NCBI GenBank assembly: GCA_046483985.1
Contig: JAWOCD010000110.1
Span: forward strand, 1-64,000
Direction: 5' to 3'
Length of the DNA stretch: 64,000 nt
Source: Promethearchaeia archaeon
GTDB lineage: Archaea; Asgardarchaeota; Lokiarchaeia; Sigyniarchaeales; SOKP01
In this document: positions 10,072 to 19,340 of the stretch, piece by piece
Position numbering within the stretch: position 1 is the stretch's first letter
Layout: each line of letters opens with the position of its first letter
The notes under the pieces: generated by a model
Told to the model about the DNA's origin: nothing
Database searches by the model: none
What the model saw: the letters and a program-made list of their open reading frames with translations, nothing else
Translations under genes and position numbers: made by a program

Positions 10072-11430
10072 ATGCATTCTATCGTAAATTTAAATTGGTC
10101 AATTGCAGAGGTTTTCTATCTAATCCTTATTTTTACGGTGACTTTTGGATTAACATATGCGTTGTTTCCCTATATTATTAGAAAAATGAAGGAAAAAGGC
10201 TATGTGGGCTATGATATCCATAAATCGGATCGACCAGAAGTTGCTGAGTCCGGAGGATTGGGAATAGTTATCGGACTTGTGGTTGCTTCTCTAATGGTGA
10301 TTTTCTTTTTTCCAATATTGCTTTATGAAATGCTTATATTTATAGTGACTATTGCTTTATCGGCAGCGATAGGTTTTGTCGATGACAGAATTAAGTTACG
10401 ATCTGGGATAAAAATCTTTTTAGTTCTATTTACTGGTGCGGGTATTTTCCTCGCTAATTATTTGAACTTTATTCATATTGAGTCTCCCACAATTCCGATA
10501 CTCGGGCAATTAAGGCTCACGATTTTATATCCCTTTGTTGTCCCCATTATCGTGGCGGTATTTGCTAATACAGTTAACATGTTAGAAGGATATAATGGAG
10601 AAGGTTCGGGGACTTGTTTAATTGCTTCTATTTTCCTCCTGATCTGTGGAATAATTTGGAATTCTCTGGAGGGTTTAATTTTGACCTTGATTTTAATTGC
10701 CGTTTTAATTCCATTTTATGTATTTAACAAATATCCCGCGAAAGTATTCCCGGGAGATATTGGAACATTGACAATCGGTGCAACCATGGCGTGTATTGCA
10801 TTATTTGGCTCACTAGAGGTTGCAGTTTTTTGTGCCTTATTAATCCATATCTTTAACAGTTTTTATGTTCTCTCATCAGTGAGGGGGTTTTTTGAAAGTA
10901 GCACCATTCAAGAAGAGAAAAACGATATTATCATGCTAGAAAATGATCTCATTAAAGCCTCTCCCCAAAAAGATGCCGCCCTTACCTTACCGAGGTTGAT
11001 ACTCGCCCGAGGACCCTTAAAAGAACCTGAATTAGTTAAACGTTTTTATTTAATCTCTCTCATTTGCGGTTTTTTCTCCATTTTCGCTACTCTCTTTACG
11101 AAATGGACAATATCCAATTTAGATTTTATTTTTATTATTGTTGTAGTTATTGTTTTTTCTATCCCTACGACAATTTTACTCTATTATTATCCTAGAATTA
11201 GGAGTGTGGTGATTTTAATGATTTCATTACTCGTTATCGGGTTGGCTTCTCTGTATTTTATAGAAGTTGTGATTATGCCTAATTTTACAGAAACAATAGA
11301 TATTTTCTTTATTAATATCCCAACCAATCTCGTGGCTGCATTTATCATTGCCGCTCCGGGGTTTTTGATATGGTATCTTATCACGCTCAAACATTTCTTT
11401 TGGCAGATTAAAAAAATCAGCAGCCCCTAA
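10072..11430 (+). CDS. UDP-GlcNAc:dolichyl-phosphate GlcNAc-1-phosphotransferase (Alg7/AglH, MraY-like)
   Basis: GYDIHK..PEVAESGG, GFVDD, NTVNMLEGYNG and FNKYPAKVFPGDIGT motifs; multi-TM. Confidence 0.9.
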   Translation: MHSIVNLNWSIAEVFYLILIFTVTFGLTYALFPYIIRKMKEKGYVGYDIHKSDRPEVAESGGLGIVIGLVVASLMVIFFFPILLYEMLIFIVTIALSAAIGFVDDRIKLRSGIKIFLVLFTGAGIFLANYLNFIHIESPTIPILGQLRLTILYPFVVPIIVAVFANTVNMLEGYNGEGSGTCLIASIFLLICGIIWNSLEGLILTLILIAVLIPFYVFNKYPAKVFPGDIGTLTIGATMACIALFGSLEVAVFCALLIHIFNSFYVLSSVRGFFESSTIQEEKNDIIMLENDLIKASPQKDAALTLPRLILARGPLKEPELVKRFYLISLICGFFSIFATLFTKWTISNLDFIFIIVVVIVFSIPTTILLYYYPRIRSVVILMISLLVIGLASLYFIEVVIMPNFTETIDIFFINIPTNLVAAFIIAAPGFLIWYLITLKHFFWQIKKISSP

Positions 11431-11500
11431 TTTTAATTTTTAACATATTTTAATATAATTAATTAATTTACTCTATTATCAAAAAAGGATTTAGACCAAG

Positions 11501-12571
11501 ATGAAAAAAATACTAGTGACGGGTGCGGGAGGTCCGGCCGGGGTTAATTTTCTCCGGTCTTTAGATTCAACCAAGGAAGATTTCGTATTGTATGGAACAG
11601 ATATTAATAAATATCACTTAGAATTTGCAAAACCGTGGACACAGAAAATGTTTCTGGTCCCTCGTGCTACTTCAGAGAATTATATCTCCGCAATAAATGA
11701 TATAATAAATAACTATGGAATTGAATTGGTTCATCCGCAACCCGATATTGAGGTTTCTGTAATTTCTAAAAACCGCGAAAAACTCAATGCGAAGACTTAT
11801 TTACCAAAAAAAAAGAGCATTCAGATCCTACAAGATAAGTTCCAAAGTGCAGAGATCTGGAAAGAAAATGGTTTTCCTATGGCGAAAGCAATAGAAATTC
11901 GACCGGATCATTTGGAAGAAGATATAGGGAAGGCACTAGAGGTATTAGGAGAAAAAATATGGGTCAGAGCAAAACGAGGAGCCGGAGGAACGGGAAGCAC
12001 TCCTGTAGAAAATGTTGAAACTGGTGTAAGCTGGATTAAATATTGGCGTTCTAGAGGAAAGGAGTGGGAATTTATTGCGCAAGAATACTTACCGGGAAGA
12101 AATATAGCATTTCAAAGCGTATTTAAAGAAGGAAAATTAATCACTTCTCAAGCACGTGAACGTTTAGAGTATATTTATCCCTATTTAGCCCCCTCCGGAG
12201 TAACTGGTACCCCAATCGTAGCGAAAACAATTCATAATGAAGAAGTAAATGACTTAGCAACCAAAGCCGTCCTCTCTATTGATTCAGAGGCGACTGGTGT
12301 ATTTTGTGTGGATATGAAGGGGGATAATGAAGGAACTATGTGTCCTACAGAGATCAATTCGGGGAGATTTTTCACAACCAGTTATTTTTTCTCTGCTGCG
12401 GGGAACAAATATAATATCCCAAAAGCAAATATGCCCTATATGCTTGTTAAACTCGCCTTTGAGGAAAAGATTCCGAAAGGCCCCAATTATAATGTTCTAC
12501 CCCCAGATTTATACTGGATCCGGCATATCGATTGCGGCAATCACCTCATTTCAGAAGAAGATTTACTTTAA
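11501..12571 (+). CDS. ATP-grasp domain protein (CarB-like)
   Basis: ILVTGAGG, QDK, QEYLPG, TEINSGRF. Confidence 0.85.
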   Translation: MKKILVTGAGGPAGVNFLRSLDSTKEDFVLYGTDINKYHLEFAKPWTQKMFLVPRATSENYISAINDIINNYGIELVHPQPDIEVSVISKNREKLNAKTYLPKKKSIQILQDKFQSAEIWKENGFPMAKAIEIRPDHLEEDIGKALEVLGEKIWVRAKRGAGGTGSTPVENVETGVSWIKYWRSRGKEWEFIAQEYLPGRNIAFQSVFKEGKLITSQARERLEYIYPYLAPSGVTGTPIVAKTIHNEEVNDLATKAVLSIDSEATGVFCVDMKGDNEGTMCPTEINSGRFFTTSYFFSAAGNKYNIPKANMPYMLVKLAFEEKIPKGPNYNVLPPDLYWIRHIDCGNHLISEEDLL

Positions 12572-12641
12572 TTTTTTTATACCTATTTAAAATTATTATT
12601 CAAAGATATAACATATCAGACCACTATAACGGCTCAGAATT

Positions 12642-15188
12642 ATGAAAAAAAGGATTAGGCTTCTTTTATTCACCATTTTTATTATAGGTTTTCTCAGCGG
12701 ATTTCTGGCTTATTATTTCTTATTTGATATAGAATTAACAGGTTTTCTCTTCGATTGGCTTTTCTGGCTTTTGGTCATTTCTTTTTTTGCCACCGTTAAT
12801 GAATTTTTTTATTTTGTCAAAGTGGGAAAGCGCAGTGAAATGAGCGACCTTGTCGTGCTCGTGTTTATGGGGGTCCTAATAGGATTCTTTACCAGAGATG
12901 TGATGACCGCCTTATTTGGCTCTTTTTCCATTTATCTGTGGTTTGGTATTTATGAAATAAGAGAATATCCTATAATCAATAAAATTCTGGTCATCTCGCT
13001 GGTGACTTATAATATTATTTTTGTGGCGGGTCTTATTTCATTTTATCTCGGCGATCCGATCTTTATCAATACTGCTTTTTCCTTTTCCTTTTGGATCATT
13101 TTAGCCCTCGGTTTTTTACTCTTTGGAAGGAAATATATTGTAGTGTGGCGTTTTATGTCTCCTAATTATTTAACTCTTTTTTTATATATAATCGCCTGGA
13201 TAGCCGTGATCTTTGTTGATCAATATACATTTCTGAACTTTACCTCCAATGAGCCCTTTATTTTAAACTTTGGAAAATATTCTCTCGCAGATTTCGTGTT
13301 AAATATTTATTTCGTTTTAATAGTCGTCAATTGGATTATATATTTCAATTCAGGGGCAATATTGGATAAAATGTTAGGAATAAAACGGACCACCGCTGGA
13401 CGATTGAATGATACCGTGGAAGAAGTGAAAAGGGATCTAAACATCAAAGGGGATGTAAAAGTAGGTTATGGAGAATATCCTATTTTAAATGCAATGGCTT
13501 ATGGGTCATTTCTTGACCAAAGAATTGCAATAATTGCTGAAGATCCAAAACAAATTCCGAAAGATGAATTAAAGGGCATTGTTGCCCATGAATTGTCTCA
13601 TACAAAAGGAAAGCATACCTTCATATTAACTATCATTACGTGTTTAGATTTAGTGGGTAGAATGCTTCTGGGATTACCCGCCACTTATTATGATTATACC
13701 TTTGGAGATCCGAGAATCCCAATGATCTCCTTTATTTTATTGAATATCTCAATTGCTGTTATCTTGTATATTTTTGTAAGAATCCTCGAGGGAAAAGCAG
13801 ATCTTATGAGTAAAAAAGCGGGCTATGCTGAAGAATTAGCTAAAGCACTTTACAATTTAGAAAGCTTTTATGCGACGGGGCGGGAGATAGGTCTAAATAC
13901 AATGCTTTTATGTGAAGAAGAAATAACAAAGAATAATCAAAAGCTGGACTACTTAAATACGGCCCAACATATTCATGAATCTCTAATCCAGCCATCGAGA
14001 TTGGGCTTACTCTCTAATCTTTTAAATTCTCATCCGCCCACCTATTATAGGATTGCAGCGATTTTAGATGATCATTTAAAACCCGGAAAGGAAGCTTTGT
14101 TGCCCTTTATCTGCTTGAGTCGCTCAAAACAGAAAAAGTATGCCAAAGGATTTGAAACATCCAGGAGAAAATTTGACTCTATCGCCACTAAAAAATTCAA
14201 GCAATTTTTTGATATCTCGGATATTAATGATTATTTAAATCAGTTAAGCAAATCAGAAATGTATAAATATGATTTACACAAAACATTCTTATTCGAACAT
14301 AAAATCAGTGGCCAATTAATTCTCGGAGAACTCGAAGATGTCAGATTTAACGATAACGCTGCCGAACCTGATCAGTTCATAATTAAAGATTTCTACTCTG
14401 AGGACGGAAAAAAAATCATTAATAAATCATTTTACTCGAAGAAGAGGGTTGATCTTAATTCAATGTATTATCTGACCTATGATGAACCGTTAATACTCAA
14501 GGATATTGAACTTAATTCCGAGATAGAAAATGCCACTTATGTTTTCATCAAACCAGAAAATGGACAAAAAATAAAAAAGCCGATAAATGAGGTAAAACTG
14601 AAAAATTCTGTAAAATTCTTATATGAATTGGTAAATAAGGACGTGTTCTTTAAAACTTCACGAGGCTTAGAAATTCTAAGATGTGTTAATGTGGAGAAGA
14701 ATAATAATTTTGAAGATATTAGATTATCGTTTCTTAATAAGCGGAAAAAATCGCCGAACGAGGAAAAATTCTCTTATACTTTAAAGGAATTAGTTATAAA
14801 GCCGTATAATATTGGGCTAAATATTAGACGAAGTGAAAAATTCAGAGAAAACGAATTAAAAATCATACAATGGCTAATTGAGAAGAATATTCGGAGTTAC
14901 GTGTATTTAAAAAAACCTGTAAATAATTTAGAAATCGGCTATCTTCAAAAATTGGACCATCTCAAATCCCCAGATCAAACAAAAAGTTCAAAAAATAGAG
15001 AAAATCTCTCTCTAAGAATGAATAATATCTTTCATGAGGATAAGGAGATTCCATATAATCAATTAGAGGCAATTACGTTCACTTTTGAAACGGGAGTAAT
15101 CCAAAAAAAGGCTGAAACCAGCCTAACTTCGAAATTAGGTTATTATGTTATAAATAGGTTTAAACCAGATAAGTATATAATTGTTTAA
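12642..15188 (+). CDS. M48 (HtpX-like) membrane zinc metalloprotease with N-terminal multi-TM and long C-terminal extensions
   Basis: NAMAYG, ELKGIVAHELSH (HExxH), E..AD, SHPPTYYRI. Confidence 0.85.
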   Translation: MKKRIRLLLFTIFIIGFLSGFLAYYFLFDIELTGFLFDWLFWLLVISFFATVNEFFYFVKVGKRSEMSDLVVLVFMGVLIGFFTRDVMTALFGSFSIYLWFGIYEIREYPIINKILVISLVTYNIIFVAGLISFYLGDPIFINTAFSFSFWIILALGFLLFGRKYIVVWRFMSPNYLTLFLYIIAWIAVIFVDQYTFLNFTSNEPFILNFGKYSLADFVLNIYFVLIVVNWIIYFNSGAILDKMLGIKRTTAGRLNDTVEEVKRDLNIKGDVKVGYGEYPILNAMAYGSFLDQRIAIIAEDPKQIPKDELKGIVAHELSHTKGKHTFILTIITCLDLVGRMLLGLPATYYDYTFGDPRIPMISFILLNISIAVILYIFVRILEGKADLMSKKAGYAEELAKALYNLESFYATGREIGLNTMLLCEEEITKNNQKLDYLNTAQHIHESLIQPSRLGLLSNLLNSHPPTYYRIAAILDDHLKPGKEALLPFICLSRSKQKKYAKGFETSRRKFDSIATKKFKQFFDISDINDYLNQLSKSEMYKYDLHKTFLFEHKISGQLILGELEDVRFNDNAAEPDQFIIKDFYSEDGKKIINKSFYSKKRVDLNSMYYLTYDEPLILKDIELNSEIENATYVFIKPENGQKIKKPINEVKLKNSVKFLYELVNKDVFFKTSRGLEILRCVNVEKNNNFEDIRLSFLNKRKKSPNEEKFSYTLKELVIKPYNIGLNIRRSEKFRENELKIIQWLIEKNIRSYVYLKKPVNNLEIGYLQKLDHLKSPDQTKSSKNRENLSLRMNNIFHEDKEIPYNQLEAITFTFETGVIQKKAETSLTSKLGYYVINRFKPDKYIIV

Positions 15189-15234
15189 GCCCATTCAATA
15201 AGTTTAATTTTAATGGGCAATTAGGAATAAAATA

Positions 15235-16188
15235 ATGCTCAAAGAAAAAATTAAAAACATATTAACGCTGCTTCGAATACGACAATACTACAAGAATGGT
15301 TTAATTTTTGTTGGAGCTTTCTTTAGCAAAATGATGCTCTCCCGGAGCAATTTTCCCCTCTTAATTTTAGGATTTATTATTCTCTGTCTTGTTTCCTCTA
15401 TTAATTATATCATTAATGACATTAGAGATATAGAAAAAGATAAACATCATCCTGAAAAACTCCAAAAAAAACCACTAGCTTCTGGAGATATCTCTAAATT
15501 AACTGCTTATTTGATGATTCTGCTCATCATTGCTTTTGTCGGAGTTATGCTCATTTTTGTCATTCCCAATATGGGATTTACTATAATGCTAATCTTGTTA
15601 ATCCTTACTGGACAAGCATATAACCATTTATTTAAAAATTTTGCTTTTGCGGACATCGTTGTATTGTCGCTGGGGTACATCTGGAGATCTCTTTCCGGCT
15701 GTTTATTGATCAATGTCTATATATCTCCTTGGTTGCTCTTAGCGATCTTTGAAATTGCGCTTTTTTTGGTAATTGCCAAACGAAAAGGAGATCTTATATT
15801 GCTCGGTGAAGAGAAAGCGGGGAAACATAAAGAAAGTTACGATCAATACTCTCTAAAATTATTGGAGCAATTTCATATTATGATCGGGGCAAGCTTATTT
15901 ATCACCTACTCATTATATTTAATTATAAGGTTTGATTTGTTCTTAAGGGAAGGAATATTAATCAATGATTATTTAGTATTTCTTACATTGCCCGCATTAC
16001 TTTACATAATTATGCGATATTTATATTTAATAAATGATAGCCCTGAAACCGCACGAAAGGCAGAACTTCTATTTTTAGATAAAGGCATACTTATTGCAGT
16101 AATTTTTATGGCGGGGATTTTGGGTTATGTATTTTATTTTGAATTAATTTTGAATGTAATCGATACCTATTTATTTGATATTTTATGA
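15235..16188 (+). CDS. UbiA-family prenyltransferase, polyprenyl-phosphate phosphoribosyltransferase-like
   Basis: LLRIRQYYKNGLIF, YIINDIRDIEKDKHHPEK..PLASG, AKRKGD. Confidence 0.87.
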   Translation: MLKEKIKNILTLLRIRQYYKNGLIFVGAFFSKMMLSRSNFPLLILGFIILCLVSSINYIINDIRDIEKDKHHPEKLQKKPLASGDISKLTAYLMILLIIAFVGVMLIFVIPNMGFTIMLILLILTGQAYNHLFKNFAFADIVVLSLGYIWRSLSGCLLINVYISPWLLLAIFEIALFLVIAKRKGDLILLGEEKAGKHKESYDQYSLKLLEQFHIMIGASLFITYSLYLIIRFDLFLREGILINDYLVFLTLPALLYIIMRYLYLINDSPETARKAELLFLDKGILIAVIFMAGILGYVFYFELILNVIDTYLFDIL

Positions 16189-16883
16189 ACCTTCTAAAGA
16201 TAGATCTTCATTTGCATACTACATTTTCTGGAGACTCTCTTATAACCCCGAAGGAGCTGGTAAAATACGCAAAACGAGAAGGTCTTGATGGCGTGGCAAT
16301 AACGGATCATAACACTATGAAAGGCTGCAAATCAGTCGAGGAAGCTGCGAAGAAGGATGACTTAATTGTGATACCAGGAGTAGAATTCGAAACTCAGATT
16401 GGGGAAGTTATCGGTTTGTTTATAGAAAAGGAAATAGAATTCCCCATGGATGATTTTTTCGCTGTTGTAAGGCGAATTAAACAATATGGAGGGATTATTG
16501 TTATCCCTCATCCTTTTGATTTTTTGCGGGATAATCATCTGAAAATGGACCTGCTTACTGAAGGGGTAATAGAGCGATATATTGATGGAGTAGAGGTATT
16601 AAATGCTCGGATAATTTTGAGAAGATGCGTGAAAAAGGCTGCAACGTTTTGTGAAGATCATTCTCTTTTTGAACTGGGGGGTTCTGACGCACATACTCCA
16701 AAAGAAATAGGTCAAGCTTATACGGAAATATGGAATTATTCAGACACTTCTTTAAGATCAATTAAAAATGCATTATTACAAGGATACTCAAAAAGTATGG
16801 GTTCATTATCCAGTCCATTTGTCCATTTATCTACAATTTTTCATAAATTAAAGAAGGGCGCATATTTTAAGGAGTTTTTCTAA
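16185..16883 (+). CDS. PHP domain metal-dependent phosphoesterase
   Basis: DLHLHT, AITDHN, PGVE, PHPF, GGSDAH; ATGA overlap with upstream gene. Confidence 0.92.
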   Translation: MNLLKIDLHLHTTFSGDSLITPKELVKYAKREGLDGVAITDHNTMKGCKSVEEAAKKDDLIVIPGVEFETQIGEVIGLFIEKEIEFPMDDFFAVVRRIKQYGGIIVIPHPFDFLRDNHLKMDLLTEGVIERYIDGVEVLNARIILRRCVKKAATFCEDHSLFELGGSDAHTPKEIGQAYTEIWNYSDTSLRSIKNALLQGYSKSMGSLSSPFVHLSTIFHKLKKGAYFKEFF

Positions 16884-17018
16884 ATATATGGAGAAACTTA
16901 ATTCTCTTGGGGAAATGGATCCTTTTTTCTTGAAATAAATTAAAAAGAAATTCTACCTTTTTTTTTATATTAAGATTAACTAAATATTATATTATTAAAT
17001 AGAAGTAGGAAATCTATA

Positions 17019-17951
17019 ATGGAAGCGATCTTTGCTGTTCTTTTAGGTCTTTTATTTGGTATCATTTTCTCTAATATATTGCATCTCGCGAAAGCGATGG
17101 AAAAACACGGACTAACCCTTTTGCTTTCAAGAGAGGAGGGAGAAGAAGAACTGACTTTTAAAGAGAAGGCTAAAAAGAGTCCTATATATATCGTTGGTCT
17201 AATCCTTAATAATACTGTTTTCGTTTGGCAATTTATTGGCGTTTCTTTTTCCTCCGCTGCAGTTTTTTCTTCAATGTTTGGCACGGGACTTATTGTTTTA
17301 ATGTTGTATTCCCATTACATTTTGGAAGAAAACATAATAAAGACGGAATTAATTGGTGCCTTTTTAATCATGATGGGAACCATTATGATTGGCGTTCTAC
17401 ACATCATCCAACCCCCTCCGAATGAAAATTTTCTCTATTCACGCTTTTATATTATCTTGTTCGTGCTGGGGGTTGTGTTCACCTCTCTCATAATTTTTTC
17501 TTCTAAAACACGAATTGGTGTAGCAATTATCTTTGGCTCGATTGCCGGCTCTTTTGGGGGAATGGACAACATCTTTAAGCGAATGAGTTTAAAAGATATG
17601 TCTCTTCTAGAAGTGATCGAAGGAGTATTTAAATTAAATCCCGTAAGTTATATCTTCTTGTTCTCTTTTATTATAGCGGGATTAGCTTTTGCCCTTACGC
17701 AAATTGGATTTGGTCTAAATGCCGATGCAAGTAAATTAGTTCCTATGTATAACTCCTTCTATATTTGTGCCCCAATATTTATAGAACTGATTATCGTTGA
17801 AGATGCTACAATTTCCGTTGCTAAACTTATTGCAATTGGGGTCATTATCGTGGGAATCTTTGTAATGAATGTCTTTAAATCGCCCAGAGAAATGACGCGA
17901 GCACAACTTGTAGAAATGGAAACAGAAGAAGGATCAGTCCAAAAAGATTGA
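17019..17951 (+). CDS. DMT-superfamily (NIPA-like) membrane transporter
   Basis: About 9 TM helices; ASKLVPMYNSFY motif resembles NIPA/DMT proteins. Confidence 0.65.
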   Translation: MEAIFAVLLGLLFGIIFSNILHLAKAMEKHGLTLLLSREEGEEELTFKEKAKKSPIYIVGLILNNTVFVWQFIGVSFSSAAVFSSMFGTGLIVLMLYSHYILEENIIKTELIGAFLIMMGTIMIGVLHIIQPPPNENFLYSRFYIILFVLGVVFTSLIIFSSKTRIGVAIIFGSIAGSFGGMDNIFKRMSLKDMSLLEVIEGVFKLNPVSYIFLFSFIIAGLAFALTQIGFGLNADASKLVPMYNSFYICAPIFIELIIVEDATISVAKLIAIGVIIVGIFVMNVFKSPREMTRAQLVEMETEEGSVQKD

Positions 17952-18021
17952 ACCACCACGTCCTAAGGGGCGGTGGATTCGTGCTCCCTAATGTGCTATA
18001 CACACCTTAGACAATACAGGA
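17948..18021 (-). mobile_element. 74-bp IS200/IS605-type right-end mini-element (copy 1)
   Basis: Minus strand reads ...GAAT-CCACCGCCCCTTAGGACGTGG-TGG-TTCAA; 68/74 identical to the copy at 41541-41614. Confidence 0.8.
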
Positions 18022-18068
18022 TTTTTTTGAAAATCTTTCTTTTAACCTTTTTTTTAGACTTGCCAATA

Positions 18069-19262
18069 TTAGCGAGTATTTAATTTCCCTGGTGCTTCAG
18101 TGGGGTATTCAGCAAACTTTTTACCCCACTTAGTCTTCATAAATTCTCCTATTCTCTGTTTTCCCACAGTAGGATACCAAAACATGTCATGATACAGAAG
18201 ACTGCCCAAGATTGGTAAGGCAAAAAAGAGTTTATTGTGAAGTAAAGGTTCTAAAAAACTTAATGGTCCTTTTCTGACCATTTGATCACCCCATATTACC
18301 AAACTTCGTTTAACGTGGAAATTCCAATTTATATCAGATACATCCTCTCCAATTATTTCAATTTGGTCAAAATCGCCGCAGCCTAATCCTTCATTATGTG
18401 CCATTTTTATTGCGGGCAATTTTAATGGTTCGAATCCAAGCATCTTCGCCACCACGGTATCCACCGCAACTTGGTCATATCCGGCTAAAAGGTAATTCTT
18501 AATGCGAGGTATCATGGTTCTTGGTCCAGAACCATCTCCGCAGACGGTTCCGTCCACTATTGCCATAAGTTCGGGATGAATCTGTTTTTGAATGATTAAG
18601 AGATCCACCAACACTTCAGACATAAATTGATGACTGAAATGGCGCCGCTTGGTGAGCAACCCGCCGAATGCATTCTTCATAGAACATGTTATCCCCCCGT
18701 TTTTTAGGTCTTTTTCGGTTTTCTTGAGTGATCCTCCTTTAGCACCTGTATGCCCATGTGTTTTCATCGTGGGTAAATGCATAATTGGTTTTCCCATATA
18801 AAATTTTGGAATTGAAAATCCTTCTGGGAAAACTTTTGAATCCAATACATGAAGTTCATGATCTTTCATATCAAGGAAATTAGGTCGTAACGATTCATAC
18901 GGGACAAAAGGAACCCGAGTTAAAGGGACAAACCATGTTCCATATTTTTTTATGATCGGTTTCCACTTATTTCCTGTCAGGCCTTTAGCAATATTGGTAA
19001 CAACTGTCCGGTTTTCCGCTGTGAAGATATCTTCTGGGTTATATCCATCTTCAGTCATCGTCTTTAAAATCCCCTCTAATTGCCAAGGGGGACTAGAACA
19101 CGCAGGAAAGAATTTTGACCAACTTAAATTCAGTTTCAAAATGGTATCTTGTCCCTTAGGATAATGGTTTTCATAATCTGCCATATGCATTAACTTTCTA
19201 TAATCCTTTAGCACAGTTTCTGGCGATGTTTTTACAACATAAATTTTAGAATTAGAACTCAT
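18069..19262 (-). CDS. DUF362 domain (Fe-S associated) protein
   Basis: KLNLSW, LPTMKTH, TCSMKNAFGG, VDGTVCGDGSGP, DQVAVD. Confidence 0.87.
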   Translation of the reverse strand: MSSNSKIYVVKTSPETVLKDYRKLMHMADYENHYPKGQDTILKLNLSWSKFFPACSSPPWQLEGILKTMTEDGYNPEDIFTAENRTVVTNIAKGLTGNKWKPIIKKYGTWFVPLTRVPFVPYESLRPNFLDMKDHELHVLDSKVFPEGFSIPKFYMGKPIMHLPTMKTHGHTGAKGGSLKKTEKDLKNGGITCSMKNAFGGLLTKRRHFSHQFMSEVLVDLLIIQKQIHPELMAIVDGTVCGDGSGPRTMIPRIKNYLLAGYDQVAVDTVVAKMLGFEPLKLPAIKMAHNEGLGCGDFDQIEIIGEDVSDINWNFHVKRSLVIWGDQMVRKGPLSFLEPLLHNKLFFALPILGSLLYHDMFWYPTVGKQRIGEFMKTKWGKKFAEYPTEAPGKLNTR

Positions 19263-19340
19263 CTTATTTAGTCTAAAGAGAAATTCTTTTTTTATTTTAT
19301 TATTATGAATGAAAAGTAAGAACTTATGATAAACAACACA

